From assembly GCA_044345405.1 (NCBI GenBank), contig JBIJBE010000055.1, forward strand, positions 1 to 19,062: 19,062 nt of DNA, in the 5' to 3' direction. Below, one piece after another: positions 8,470 through 17,220 of the stretch. Made by a program: the position numbers and the translations under genes. The number at the start of each line of letters is the position of its first letter. Position 1 is the first letter of the stretch. The stretch is from Bdellovibrionota bacterium. GTDB lineage: Bacteria > Bdellovibrionota_C > UBA2361 > OMII01. The notes below the pieces were generated by a model that saw only the letters and a program-made list of their open reading frames with translations, was not told where the DNA came from and searched no databases.

Positions 8470-8994
8470 TTACGCCAAAAAAAGCTCGATGAACCGGGCC
8501 AAGACCTGCTCAGGATCAGCAACGTCGTTGACAAGTCGGGACCCCTCGCTTGGGGGTTGAAAGTTAGCTCGGATCTTGGTCGCGTACTCAGCCGATACCA
8601 CATCGCCCCGAGCCTGGAGACGTTGCGTAATGAGCTCATCCGGCGCATCGACCCACACCAGGGCCAACCCGGGATGTTCCGAAGCCACAAAGGCGCGATG
8701 ACGCTCTTTGTACGCCGCTTGCATGACCAGCACCTTTGGATAGCTTTCTCTCAATTTTCTAATTCTATCACTGACGATGGTGAAGAACTCGTCCCGCATG
8801 ACATCGGTGAAGGGTCGACCCTCGGCGATAGCTGCGCGCATGGCGGGAGTGCAATCAGCGTCCAGGTCGTAACAATGATATCCAAGACGCGCGGAGATCA
8901 GATTCCCACAAAAGGTCTTCCCGGCACCGGCGAGGCCAAAAAAGAAGAGGAGGGAGGGAAGATTATCCCCTGGTATCTGCTCGGTCGGGACCAT
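8470..8994 (-). CDS. Gluconokinase/shikimate-kinase-like P-loop small-molecule kinase
   Basis: Walker A GLAGAGKT. Segments DLD, G.PFTD..RD and RLQAR resemble GntK-family kinases, although divergent. Confidence 0.8.
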   Translation of the reverse strand: MVPTEQIPGDNLPSLLFFFGLAGAGKTFCGNLISARLGYHCYDLDADCTPAMRAAIAEGRPFTDVMRDEFFTIVSDRIRKLRESYPKVLVMQAAYKERHRAFVASEHPGLALVWVDAPDELITQRLQARGDVVSAEYATKIRANFQPPSEGSRLVNDVADPEQVLARFIELFLA

Positions 8995-9109
8995 AGGGGG
9001 TGGACTTTATGCTGGATCCGCTCGTGTTTCCATATTGAGGCCGGGTTATCTGATAAAAAATCCGAATACATGCGGCATGACGATGACCTGAACAACTAGA
9101 TTCGCTCAC

Positions 9110-9616
9110 TTATCGGTGAGGCTCCCCAAAGGGAACACAGTTCCCGCACTCCGCGGTAAACTCCATCGGATCCGAGCTAAGGATGACAACTGGAAAGGTG
9201 ACGGTGTAGTCACCGACCTCACCCGCGACAAGCTGCGTCTTTCCGGTCAATTGAAGGGAGATGCCACGAAACTTACCCATTACAACGACCCCATCAGCGG
9301 TGACCTCTCCCCGATTTTTAATCTTGAGTTGCACCGCCTTGAGGCGGGTCGTGGAACCGTCCTCCCAGGTCTTAACAGGCCCCATGACGACATCGAGATC
9401 CGCTGCCTGAGACACCTGAACGGGCGGTGGCGAGGAGGTGAACGTAGAACCGATGGCGAGGACCACGAGAACAAAGAACGCCAATCCAGCGATCACAAGG
9501 AGCTGCAAGTTCTCTTCAACCCACGCGGGTAGGCCACCCCTCTTTTTTTTCGGTAAGTACGAATTCACCCTCAATAACTCCTTAACGATGTAGGGCCTGG
9601 GAGATAGTAGCGCCAT
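9110..9616 (-). CDS. Hypothetical single-pass membrane protein with a beta-rich extracytoplasmic domain
   Basis: Basic N-terminus, one TM helix (LLVIAGLAFFVLVVLAIG), an Ig-like strand pattern (VQLKIKNRG...LVAGEVGDYTVTF) and a C-terminal CxxC. Confidence 0.75.
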   Translation of the reverse strand: MALLSPRPYIVKELLRVNSYLPKKKRGGLPAWVEENLQLLVIAGLAFFVLVVLAIGSTFTSSPPPVQVSQAADLDVVMGPVKTWEDGSTTRLKAVQLKIKNRGEVTADGVVVMGKFRGISLQLTGKTQLVAGEVGDYTVTFPVVILSSDPMEFTAECGNCVPFGEPHR

Positions 9617-9714
9617 CTGGAGCCCTGCCGAAAGACTCTAATCCCCCTTTAGGGAGAAACTCCGTTCCAGGCACCGCGCGCCCAAACACCTCTTTTTCTA
9701 GAAAATTCACTAAT

Positions 9715-9743
9715 TTGAAAAAACAATCTCAATCTGAGATAGT
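9715..9743 (+). promoter_or_regulatory. Candidate sigma70 promoter with an inverted repeat in the spacer
   Basis: TTGAAA (9715-9720), 17 bp spacer, GATAGT (9738-9743). Inverted repeat ATCTCA-ATC-TGAGAT at 9726-9740. Confidence 0.4.
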
Positions 9744-9767
9744 TCGCCCACACACCGGATACCGACC

Positions 9768-10700
9768 ATGAACACGAAAAGCCTCATCAAGCTCGTCCTC
9801 AGCATCCTCATGGTGGTGATCGTGTTTCGATCGGTTGATTTTGAAAACCTCCGAAACACCTTCCTGACGATCTCACCCGGGGCGGTCATCTTGGTTGTTG
9901 TGGGCTACACCACCGGTCAACTGATCAGCTCCGTGAAATGGTGGACGATAGCCCGCTCTGGTGGCATCACAACCCCCTACCCCGCCGCGCTTAAAGCGTA
10001 CTTTATCGGAATGTTTCTCAACTGCTTCAGCTTCGGAATGCTCGGTGGTGACGCCGCTCGAGGTATTTTAGTGGCACAGGGACAACCGAAAAAGACCGAA
10101 GGGCTCGCGTCGGTCGTCGCCGATCGAATTCACGGACTTATCGTACTAAGCTGCATCGCTCTCGTAACGAGCGCGATTATGGGACGAGACCGGGTCTCCC
10201 CCGATCTCATTCAGCTTCTTCTTCTCCTCGTGGTGAGCTGCACCGCGGGATGGCTTATCGGCCCCTGGCTCCTTCCCCGACTTCCGCTCATGAAGACCAC
10301 TAGGATTGGACTCAAGCTTCAGCAGGTCATGGCGATCTTTCCCCGAGAGCCTAAAACCCTCCTCTTCATCACGAGCCTCTCCGTCGTGTTTCATCTTCTC
10401 CAGATATCTCTGCATTGGATTATGGCGTATGGGATGGGAATCACCATCTCCTTTACCACCCTTCTGCTCGTAATCCCGTTTGTGAATATCGTGTGCAGCT
10501 TGCCGATCAGTTGGAACGGACTCGGTGTTCGCGAAAAGGCCTATACCTACTTCTTGGCGACCGCGCCCGCGATCGTGAGCTATGAGCAAGCGGTCGCGTT
10601 CGGAGCTATCTGGCTCCTCGCCGTTACCGTATCAAGCGCTATCGGAGGAATCGTGGCGATGATGTCGGAGGATATGCGGAGCCTTAGGGCTCAGTCATAG
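9768..10700 (+). CDS. Lysylphosphatidylglycerol synthase TM-region / flippase-like domain protein (UPF0104)
   Basis: Motifs SSVKW, YFIGMFLN...GMLGGDAAR, SVVADRIHGL and LPISWNGLGVRE. Polytopic membrane protein. Confidence 0.9.
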   Translation: MNTKSLIKLVLSILMVVIVFRSVDFENLRNTFLTISPGAVILVVVGYTTGQLISSVKWWTIARSGGITTPYPAALKAYFIGMFLNCFSFGMLGGDAARGILVAQGQPKKTEGLASVVADRIHGLIVLSCIALVTSAIMGRDRVSPDLIQLLLLLVVSCTAGWLIGPWLLPRLPLMKTTRIGLKLQQVMAIFPREPKTLLFITSLSVVFHLLQISLHWIMAYGMGITISFTTLLLVIPFVNIVCSLPISWNGLGVREKAYTYFLATAPAIVSYEQAVAFGAIWLLAVTVSSAIGGIVAMMSEDMRSLRAQS

Positions 10701-10733
10701 CGCCATTACTCAGATCACCAAAGGACATCCGTT

Positions 10734-10771
10734 TCTCGTGCACGTGCACGTGCACGTTCACGTTCACGAGA
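10734..10771. repeat. Hexamer-built near-perfect palindrome between convergent genes (possible bidirectional terminator or REP-like element)
   Basis: TCTCGTG(CACGTG)2(CACGTT)2CACGAGA, 38 bp, nearly equal to its own reverse complement. Confidence 0.65.
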
Positions 10772-10807
10772 GTGAGGGAGTGAGATGGTGGGATTTGAGG
10801 CAACTGA

Positions 10808-11824
10808 CTACGAGAGCCACACACCTTCAAAGACATCGCTATGATCGAGGCATTTCCCCGCGCCCTCAGCGACAACGCCAAGAGGATCCGCTGGAACCGT
10901 TACCTCTAACTCAAGCTCCTCGGAGAGTCTTTTGCCAAGCCCTCGCACTAAAGCACCGCCACCGGCGAGCGCGAGTCCACGATGAATAATATCGCCAGCC
11001 AACTCCGGTGGAGTATTTTCCAGGGTCTGGCGAATCGCGAGTACGATCGAGCCGATAACCTCACTCATCGCCTCACGCACCTCACGGCCACTAATCATGA
11101 GCGCGGTTGGTGTGCCGTGAATGAGCGAACGACCGCGAACCTCCATCACTTCATCATCGTAATCAGGATGCGCGGTGCCGATAGACTTTTTAATTTGTTC
11201 AGCGGTCGCCTCACCTATTAAGACGTGATGACGACGACGCATGTAGTTCACGATCGCCTCATCGAGCGCGTCACCACCTTGGCGAAGCGACGCGGAGCAC
11301 ACCATGTCCTTCATACTGATGATGGCGATATCGGTAGTGCCTCCACCGATATCAACGACGAGACTTCCAACCGCCTCTGTCACGGGAAGATCACATCCGA
11401 TCGCGGCGGCCATCGCCTCGTCGATCAATCGCACCTCTCGAGCCTGCCCCTCAACCGCCTCGCGAATCGCGCGCTTCTCAACCTCGGTGATGCCGCACGG
11501 AACGCCCACCATGATGCGTGGCTTGGAGATAGACCACCACGTAGCTCGCACACGCGATATGAAGTGCCGAAGCATCAAGCTCGCGACCTCGAAGTCAGCA
11601 ATAACACCCGTGCGAACGGGACGAATGACCACAACCCCTTCGGGGGTCTTTCCGAGCATCGTTTTCGCCTCGGAGCCGTAGGCCACCGGGGTACGCTTTC
11701 CGTTCACCTCTCTCAGCGCGACCATGGAGGGCTCGTTGAGGAGAATCCCTACGCCCTTTTCGTAGATGAGGGTGTTGGCTGTTCCTAAATCAATCGCGAG
11801 ATCTCGACCAAAGACGCGCTTCAT
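10808..11824 (-). CDS. mreB: Rod shape-determining actin homolog MreB (stand-alone)
   Basis: DLAIDLGTANTL, GVIADFE, VPCGITEVEKRA, VVDIGGGTTD, GEATAEQIK, TLENTPPELAGDI and GGGAL. Start taken as ATG 11824 (MKRVFG); the ORF track extends it to 11836. Confidence 0.95.
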   Translation of the reverse strand: MKRVFGRDLAIDLGTANTLIYEKGVGILLNEPSMVALREVNGKRTPVAYGSEAKTMLGKTPEGVVVIRPVRTGVIADFEVASLMLRHFISRVRATWWSISKPRIMVGVPCGITEVEKRAIREAVEGQAREVRLIDEAMAAAIGCDLPVTEAVGSLVVDIGGGTTDIAIISMKDMVCSASLRQGGDALDEAIVNYMRRRHHVLIGEATAEQIKKSIGTAHPDYDDEVMEVRGRSLIHGTPTALMISGREVREAMSEVIGSIVLAIRQTLENTPPELAGDIIHRGLALAGGGALVRGLGKRLSEELELEVTVPADPLGVVAEGAGKCLDHSDVFEGVWLS

Positions 11825-11968
11825 ATCCCACACCATCCACTACAACGATTACTCTCTTGTCTTGAGCCCCAGAAAGGGCCGAATATTCGATATGGTGGCA
11901 TATTTTATTTCCGATGTACAAATGCCCCAGGACCCCTCCTCAGACCGGTCCACACGAGAGAAAAACCT

Positions 11969-12820
11969 ATGAAAGATATTAAAACTGTTGGTGTTGTTGG
12001 GGCCGGTCAGATGGGCGCTGGAATCGCGCAGGTTATCGCCGCGGCCGGCTACAAGACGATCCTGTGGGATGCCGCCCCCCAAGCGATTGAGCGAGGGATC
12101 GCGGGGATAGACGCTCGCCTCTCCAAGGCCGTCGAAAAGGGAACCATCGACGCCACACAGCGAGCCGCAACTCTTTCGCGACTTTCGAAGGGCGCCACGA
12201 TCGGAGACCTCTCCACCTGCGACCTCGTCATCGAGGCGGTCATCGAGCAATTTGAGGCTAAGGCGGCGCTCTTTAAGGAGATCGACAAGGTGCTTACATC
12301 GGGATCGCTCCTCGTCAGCAACACCTCCTCGATCTCAATCACTCGACTCGCGGCCACCACAGGAAGACCCGAGAAGGTTATGGGCGTTCACTTCATGAAC
12401 CCCGTACCGGTGATGAAGTTGGTGGAACTCATCCGAGGACTCCAAACGAGCGACGAAACCTACACCACCCTTCAATCGTTCTGCGCCGCGATTCAAAAAA
12501 CAACGGTGCTCGCAATCGACGCTCCAGGGTTCGTCGTCAACCGCATCCTCTGTCCGATGCTGAATGAGGCGATCTTCCTCGTGCAAGAGGGTGTTAAACC
12601 AGAGGATATCGACACGGCTATGAAACTCGGCACCAATCAGCCGATGGGACCGCTCACCTTGGCGGACTTCGTGGGACTCGATACCCTCCTCTACATCCTT
12701 CAGGTTCTTCACCGAGAGCTGGGAGAGGATAAGTATCGGCCGTGCCCGCTGCTCATCAAATATGTTGAGGCCGGTTGGTACGGTAAGAAGAGCGGTCGAG
12801 GATTCTATACCTACTCGTGA
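11969..12820 (+). CDS. hbd: 3-hydroxybutyryl-CoA dehydrogenase
   Basis: Rossmann GAGQMGAGIA, SNTSSISIT, catalytic HFMNPVPVMKLVE, PGFVVNR, PMGPL.LAD.VGLD and G.KSGRGFY. Confidence 0.93.
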   Translation: MKDIKTVGVVGAGQMGAGIAQVIAAAGYKTILWDAAPQAIERGIAGIDARLSKAVEKGTIDATQRAATLSRLSKGATIGDLSTCDLVIEAVIEQFEAKAALFKEIDKVLTSGSLLVSNTSSISITRLAATTGRPEKVMGVHFMNPVPVMKLVELIRGLQTSDETYTTLQSFCAAIQKTTVLAIDAPGFVVNRILCPMLNEAIFLVQEGVKPEDIDTAMKLGTNQPMGPLTLADFVGLDTLLYILQVLHRELGEDKYRPCPLLIKYVEAGWYGKKSGRGFYTYS

Positions 12821-12990
12821 ACCACTCCTTGGCCCCACGACGTAAAACGCAACCGTGAACCGTCGACGGTTACCGTGGAACGTCAGCCGTTGACGTCATC
12901 GTCGTCGCTGATTCCGTTCATCCGATAGCGGACCAATTCCTTTTTTACCTCTACTCGCTATCGTTCACCGCTTGCCGGGCAGGAGACAAA

Positions 12991-13206
12991 CTATCCCGCC
13001 GCTTTAAAGCTGGAACGCTCGACGCGCTCACTCTCCAGCTCAAGCATCGCGAGCCGCACCAACGTCTCCTCCTTAAGTGGAGAATCGAGCTCACGAACGA
13101 TCTCAATCGCAGCCGCTAGAAAAGCGCCCTGTGGAACGCCTCTTCCGTGAGGTTGCCCCCTCATGAGATCTTTATACACACTTCGAATATACTCTCGTGC
13201 CTGCAT
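12991..13206 (-). CDS. Small hypothetical protein (71 aa)
   Basis: ATG with a GAGGA RBS upstream. Co-oriented 44 bp downstream of the YciF-like gene. Helical amphipathic composition. Confidence 0.6.
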   Translation of the reverse strand: MQAREYIRSVYKDLMRGQPHGRGVPQGAFLAAAIEIVRELDSPLKEETLVRLAMLELESERVERSSFKAAG

Positions 13207-13250
13207 CTTTATTCGTCCTCACCAACTAACAAACCACCAAAACGACACCA

Positions 13251-13796
13251 CTACGAGGCGAGATCCCGAGGGACCACTCGGAACACACCGTAGCCTTGCG
13301 TGGAACGATCATGAGACGTGGAATCCATCATGTCCTCGCTCAAAAGAATTAACGCGCGCTCATTTTCCTCAGCTTGCGAAAGCATCCCATCTATCGTCGT
13401 TAACACCTCCTCCTCTCCCAGCACATCAGCGAATGAGCGCACCAACTCGTAGCTGCTCTTCTCGAAGTGCCCCACCTGACGAAGGGTCGTCATAATGGCG
13501 AGATCAAGCACCCGCTCATCGCCTCGGAACTCGGCGAGCGCGATCGCATGGCGCGTAAAAGCCTCCATGACCCCGCACCGCTCACCACCAAGGTTCTCTG
13601 TAACAACCCTTGAGATGCCTTCCAGCCGCTCACACCGCTCCTCGACCTGAAGCTGATACTCGCGCACAAGGGACTTCACTTCTCGGGAGGAAACACCCTG
13701 AAGTATCTTCGGCAACGACTTCGAGAGCTGATGCTCACCTGAATACATAAGCCGAAGGTGCTGAATGAAGAGCGCGCGTAAGGTTTGAAGAGCCAT
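13251..13796 (-). CDS. YciE/YciF (DUF892) ferritin-like protein, divergent
   Basis: TLRALFIQHLRLMYSGEHQL.KSLP, ERLE, C.VMEA, VLDLAI...QVGHFEKSSY and LG.EE follow the DUF892 pattern. GAGG RBS. Confidence 0.85.
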   Translation of the reverse strand: MALQTLRALFIQHLRLMYSGEHQLSKSLPKILQGVSSREVKSLVREYQLQVEERCERLEGISRVVTENLGGERCGVMEAFTRHAIALAEFRGDERVLDLAIMTTLRQVGHFEKSSYELVRSFADVLGEEEVLTTIDGMLSQAEENERALILLSEDMMDSTSHDRSTQGYGVFRVVPRDLAS

Positions 13797-14034
13797 AACT
13801 AGTACCTCGTGGAAACCTCATCGAAGTCTTCCAGGCCACGAGCGGAAAACACGATGAGGAGTTGTGTGCACGAGCGCCCCGTTGACCATTCCCCGGATAG
13901 AAAAAGCCAACGGAGTTCAACTCGTGGAAGCCCAGTGTGCCTCTACTCTTCAGATCGGTGCATGAGCGGAGTCACCTTTTGGCGTTGAAACGGTTTATTG
14001 CCGGGTTGCGTGAGACCATTTAGACTTGGTGGAC

Positions 14035-15099
14035 ATGATACCTCAGGGCCCTCCCACATCACCCAATCTAGCTCCCGCCAAGCGTCGCGAGAGAACGTCC
14101 CGCTCCCGTGGCATGGCTCTCATCATGATCGTGTTCATGATCGCTCTCGCGTCCGCTATCCTGATCTCCTTAACTGACTCAACGTATGTGGCGATGCGCC
14201 TCAACGGGGCGGCGGAGCAACGGATCAAGGCGGAGTACATTTTGAAATCCGCGGTAAATGTCGCTCAGGTTCTTATCAAAAACGACACATCTCCCTTCGA
14301 CGACCCATCACTGGACGCATGGATGATATTCGCTGAGGGTCGCGAGGTTCCAGGGGATCTTCTCGCCCTTCCGGAACCGAACATCCGAGTATCACTCCTC
14401 ATCACCTCGACGAACGCGAAGGTTCCGCTTCTCAAGATCTATTCATCCTCAGGCGTTGAGCAGAATTGGAAAGCGATCCTTTTGCGGTTGTTCGTTCAAT
14501 TAGGATTTGACCAACCCTTGCCGATGAACCAGGCTCCCGACGGATCCCCTCTTCCCGATGCAAAGCAATTAATTTCGAATCTGATTGATTACCTCGACAA
14601 CGATGAGGACAACTTTCCCGGTGACACAGTCCTTCCACCTGGTATTGAGGAAAACCTCCCCGATGGTCAGAAATTCCCGAACTCCGGTGGCATGGACGCT
14701 CTGGCGAACGAACTACCTTCAATCCCTGGCTTCTCGGCGGGAAGAATCCAACGACTTCTTCCGTACGTCACAACTATTCGAACCTCAAACATCAACGTAA
14801 ACGCGGCGTCGATGGAGGTGATCTCCGCGGTCGTAACCGATCCATCCGCTGCCGCCAGCATCGAGCAATGCAGGAATCCAGCGTCCGGAGGAAGCCCGAT
14901 CCAGAACCCCTCAACGGACCTCCTCTCGCGGTGTGGGGTGAGCGACCCGAACTCCACCCTCTTTCGAGGACAGGGGCAGTGGTATGAGGTCATCGCGAAA
15001 GTCGAATACGGCACCGCGATGTTTATGGCGAGCGCTGAGTTGGACAACACGGGCGGAACCGGCCGACTGCCAAAGATCCAGAGCTTCCAGATGCACTAG
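14035..15099 (+). CDS. gspK: Type II secretion system minor pseudopilin GspK-like protein
   Basis: Prepilin-type cleavage site RSRG|MALIMIVFMIA without Glu+5, as is typical of K-type pseudopilins. Also LIDYLDND, ELPSIPGFS...RLLPYVT and INVNAASMEVI. Start may be 14026 or 14035. Confidence 0.85.
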   Translation: MIPQGPPTSPNLAPAKRRERTSRSRGMALIMIVFMIALASAILISLTDSTYVAMRLNGAAEQRIKAEYILKSAVNVAQVLIKNDTSPFDDPSLDAWMIFAEGREVPGDLLALPEPNIRVSLLITSTNAKVPLLKIYSSSGVEQNWKAILLRLFVQLGFDQPLPMNQAPDGSPLPDAKQLISNLIDYLDNDEDNFPGDTVLPPGIEENLPDGQKFPNSGGMDALANELPSIPGFSAGRIQRLLPYVTTIRTSNINVNAASMEVISAVVTDPSAAASIEQCRNPASGGSPIQNPSTDLLSRCGVSDPNSTLFRGQGQWYEVIAKVEYGTAMFMASAELDNTGGTGRLPKIQSFQMH

Positions 15100-15173
15100 C
15101 ACCTCTTCGAGCACTCATAAACCTTTGAGATCTCAAACAGTTAGCATTTACCCAGCCGAGATCGGCCCAATCT

Positions 15174-15202
15174 TTGACAATTTACCCAGGAATATATAAG
15201 GT
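15174..15202 (+). promoter_or_regulatory. Sigma70 promoter for rpmB
   Basis: Perfect TTGACA (15174-15179), 17 bp spacer, TAAGGT (15197-15202), about 30 bp upstream of the rpmB ATG. Confidence 0.7.
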
Positions 15203-15234
15203 TTGCGGGAATTTTTAACCTTGCGAGAAGTACT

Positions 15235-15477
15235 ATGGCACGTCGTTGTGATATCTCTGGTGTAACTCATCAAAACGGTAATCGTGTTAGCCACGCTAAC
15301 AACAAAACCCACCACAAGTTCGAGTCGAACCTTCAGTCGAAGCGCTTGTTCGTTCCAGAGTTGGGTAAGACCGTTCGCGTGCGTGTATCAACCCGCATCC
15401 TTCGCACGATCGACAAGCTCGGCTTCACCGGCGCTCTTAAGAAGTTCAATCTTACGATCGCGGACGTAACGAAGTAA
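15235..15477 (+). CDS. rpmB: 50S ribosomal protein L28
   Basis: MARRCDISG...GNRVSHANNKT..KF..NLQ.KRLFVPE....VRVRVSTR.LRTIDK.G is the L28 signature. Confidence 0.97.
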   Translation: MARRCDISGVTHQNGNRVSHANNKTHHKFESNLQSKRLFVPELGKTVRVRVSTRILRTIDKLGFTGALKKFNLTIADVTK

Positions 15478-15512
15478 GGAGGTCAGCGCTTCGCGCTGGC
15501 TCCCGTTTCTCT
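15478..15512 (+). terminator. Probable intrinsic terminator after rpmB
   Basis: GGAGGTCAGCGC-TTC-GCGCTGGCTCC hairpin directly after the stop codon, followed by a weak GTTTCTCT tail. Confidence 0.55.
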
Positions 15513-15545
15513 GCCGAGTTTCTTCTCTGCCGAGTTTCCATCAAT

Positions 15546-15881
15546 TTAGTGCAAGCAACCCTTTCTGAGGGCGTTCAGCTTTTCCGCGCTTAACTTAACG
15601 GCGTTGATGCCGCTCATAATCGCTTCGCCGCTATCGGTGCTGTCCTTCTCTACAGCGCCGCGCAGAGCCTCGTTATCGAGTACTCCGAGACGCTGCGTCG
15701 GAGGCACGAAGATCTCCCTACACTCGCGGCATTGCACCACGACGATGATTCCTTGGTAGGTAACCTTCGTGAGTTCGGTTGTAAAATTTTGGTCATCCGA
15801 GCCCACAACTCCACAGCATGGGCAGGTAATTGAATCAACGAACGTCTCGGCGAGTCCTTTCAGCCGAAATTTAAGAGCCAT
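15546..15881 (-). CDS. Hypothetical Zn-ribbon-like protein (CPCC...CREC)
   Basis: Likely start ATG 15881 (MALKFRLK) behind GGAGG, overlapping the upstream gene's end by 11 nt. Two CxxC pairs. The ORF track extends it to 15905. Confidence 0.75.
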   Translation of the reverse strand: MALKFRLKGLAETFVDSITCPCCGVVGSDDQNFTTELTKVTYQGIIVVVQCRECREIFVPPTQRLGVLDNEALRGAVEKDSTDSGEAIMSGINAVKLSAEKLNALRKGCLH

Positions 15882-16815
15882 AGTCCTCCGTGCTTTTTCG
15901 CTCATGCAACCGCTTAATCATGGTTACTACTGAACCGTTCTTATCAAACCGCACTTCATCAACAGCGCTCGACATTAACGCCAATCCCCTACCCGAGCAC
16001 GCGAGGGAATCCACTCTTCCATTAGCCTGCACAACATGCGCGTTGAGAAACCCATTACCCTCATCACGCACCGTTATCTCAAGACAACCACCATCGAAGC
16101 TTAAGGTCACATACACATAACGCTCGGCGTATTTCGGATCGGCGAGCCTCTGTTTACGGATTGAAGAGAATCGATCGCTTCCATCAGCCTCTATCTCCTC
16201 CTTCCACTGAGAATCCAACTCTAAATTGCCGTGCTCGAGACCATTCAAAACCGCCTCCTGCACAGCCAACCGAATCTTCAGCGCGTCGGTGTGCGACAAC
16301 ATCCCGCTCTCAGCCAATCGCCCAACAAGGGGCAGGGAGATTGAGGAGAGCTGCGCCAAATCCGCGCACGAGAACCGCATCTCCGCGTGCTCGCTCGTCA
16401 CAAACCGATAGGTCGCTCGTTCACGCTCGTCGTTTCGACGAGAGAACACGATCTGCTGAACCACCCGCTCAAGCCAAGTGAAATCAACCGGACGAGCGAG
16501 AAGATCGGTCGCGCCACTTCGAAACACCTTGAGCGCGTCCTCATAGGTGGCGTTGGGGCTCACCGCGATGATCGCTTGAGATGGATGTTTCTCAAGGATA
16601 TCTCGCAACACAGCCGCGGAGTCCTGCCCCGATAACTCAACATCGGCGATGATGATATCGTAGGTACCCTTCTCAAGTGCTCCTGCCATCGCGGAGCTAT
16701 CAGGAACGACGTCGTACGACCACCCTCGGCCCGCGAAGAAGCTGCCAAACATCTCGCGGCTCTGCTCGTTGCCGTCCGCGAGGAGTATGCATGGAGGGTT
16801 AGCGCCAACGCTCAT
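15871..16815 (-). CDS. Receiver domain fused to an RsbW/SpoIIAB-like HATPase (anti-sigma-type Ser kinase)
   Basis: N-terminal REC domain (ILLAD, YDIIIAD, GATDLLARP). C-terminal GHKL boxes EAVLNGLEHGN, VRDEGNGF and SGRGLALM...VDEVRFDKNGSVVTMIK. Confidence 0.88.
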   Translation of the reverse strand: MSVGANPPCILLADGNEQSREMFGSFFAGRGWSYDVVPDSSAMAGALEKGTYDIIIADVELSGQDSAAVLRDILEKHPSQAIIAVSPNATYEDALKVFRSGATDLLARPVDFTWLERVVQQIVFSRRNDERERATYRFVTSEHAEMRFSCADLAQLSSISLPLVGRLAESGMLSHTDALKIRLAVQEAVLNGLEHGNLELDSQWKEEIEADGSDRFSSIRKQRLADPKYAERYVYVTLSFDGGCLEITVRDEGNGFLNAHVVQANGRVDSLACSGRGLALMSSAVDEVRFDKNGSVVTMIKRLHERKSTEDYGS

Positions 16816-16861
16816 GAATCTCTCTTATGCCCCGATAAAGTTCCGCATCGAATCCCCCTGG

Positions 16862-17182
16862 CTATTGGCCATTTGAATCGTCAACAGGAAGCAACTTATC
16901 CAACATCAAAAGCTCGAACGTTTCCTTCACAAATCCATCAAGGGGTTTCACCATCAGCACCCCGTTTTCGGCCTTGAGCCGCTTGTAGCACATGAGCACC
17001 TTACCGATGCCGTAGCTGTTGATAATCTGAGCGCCCGAAAGATCGAGAACGACGGTCCGCTTCCCCTGCTCATAGACCTCGTTAAACGCCGAGCGGAGAG
17101 CCTCTCCCGCTGTCTCAGTATCGAGATCACTCGTCACTCTGATATAGGCCTTATCCCCGATGACCTTGGTTGGGAATTCCAT
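16862..17182 (-). CDS. STAS-domain anti-sigma factor antagonist (RsbV/SpoIIAA-like)
   Basis: DLDTETA, VVLDLS...INSYGIG.V...KRL, and VKETFEL..LDKL. AGGAG RBS. Confidence 0.92.
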   Translation of the reverse strand: MEFPTKVIGDKAYIRVTSDLDTETAGEALRSAFNEVYEQGKRTVVLDLSGAQIINSYGIGKVLMCYKRLKAENGVLMVKPLDGFVKETFELLMLDKLLPVDDSNGQ

Positions 17183-17220
17183 GCGCTACTCCTGCCCCTT
17201 AAAGTGATTACCCTATAAAG

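Noticed and set aside
10684-10989. His-rich 'VHVHVH' peptides
   Set aside because: Artefact of translating the CACGT(G/T) palindrome; both ORFs overlap real genes.
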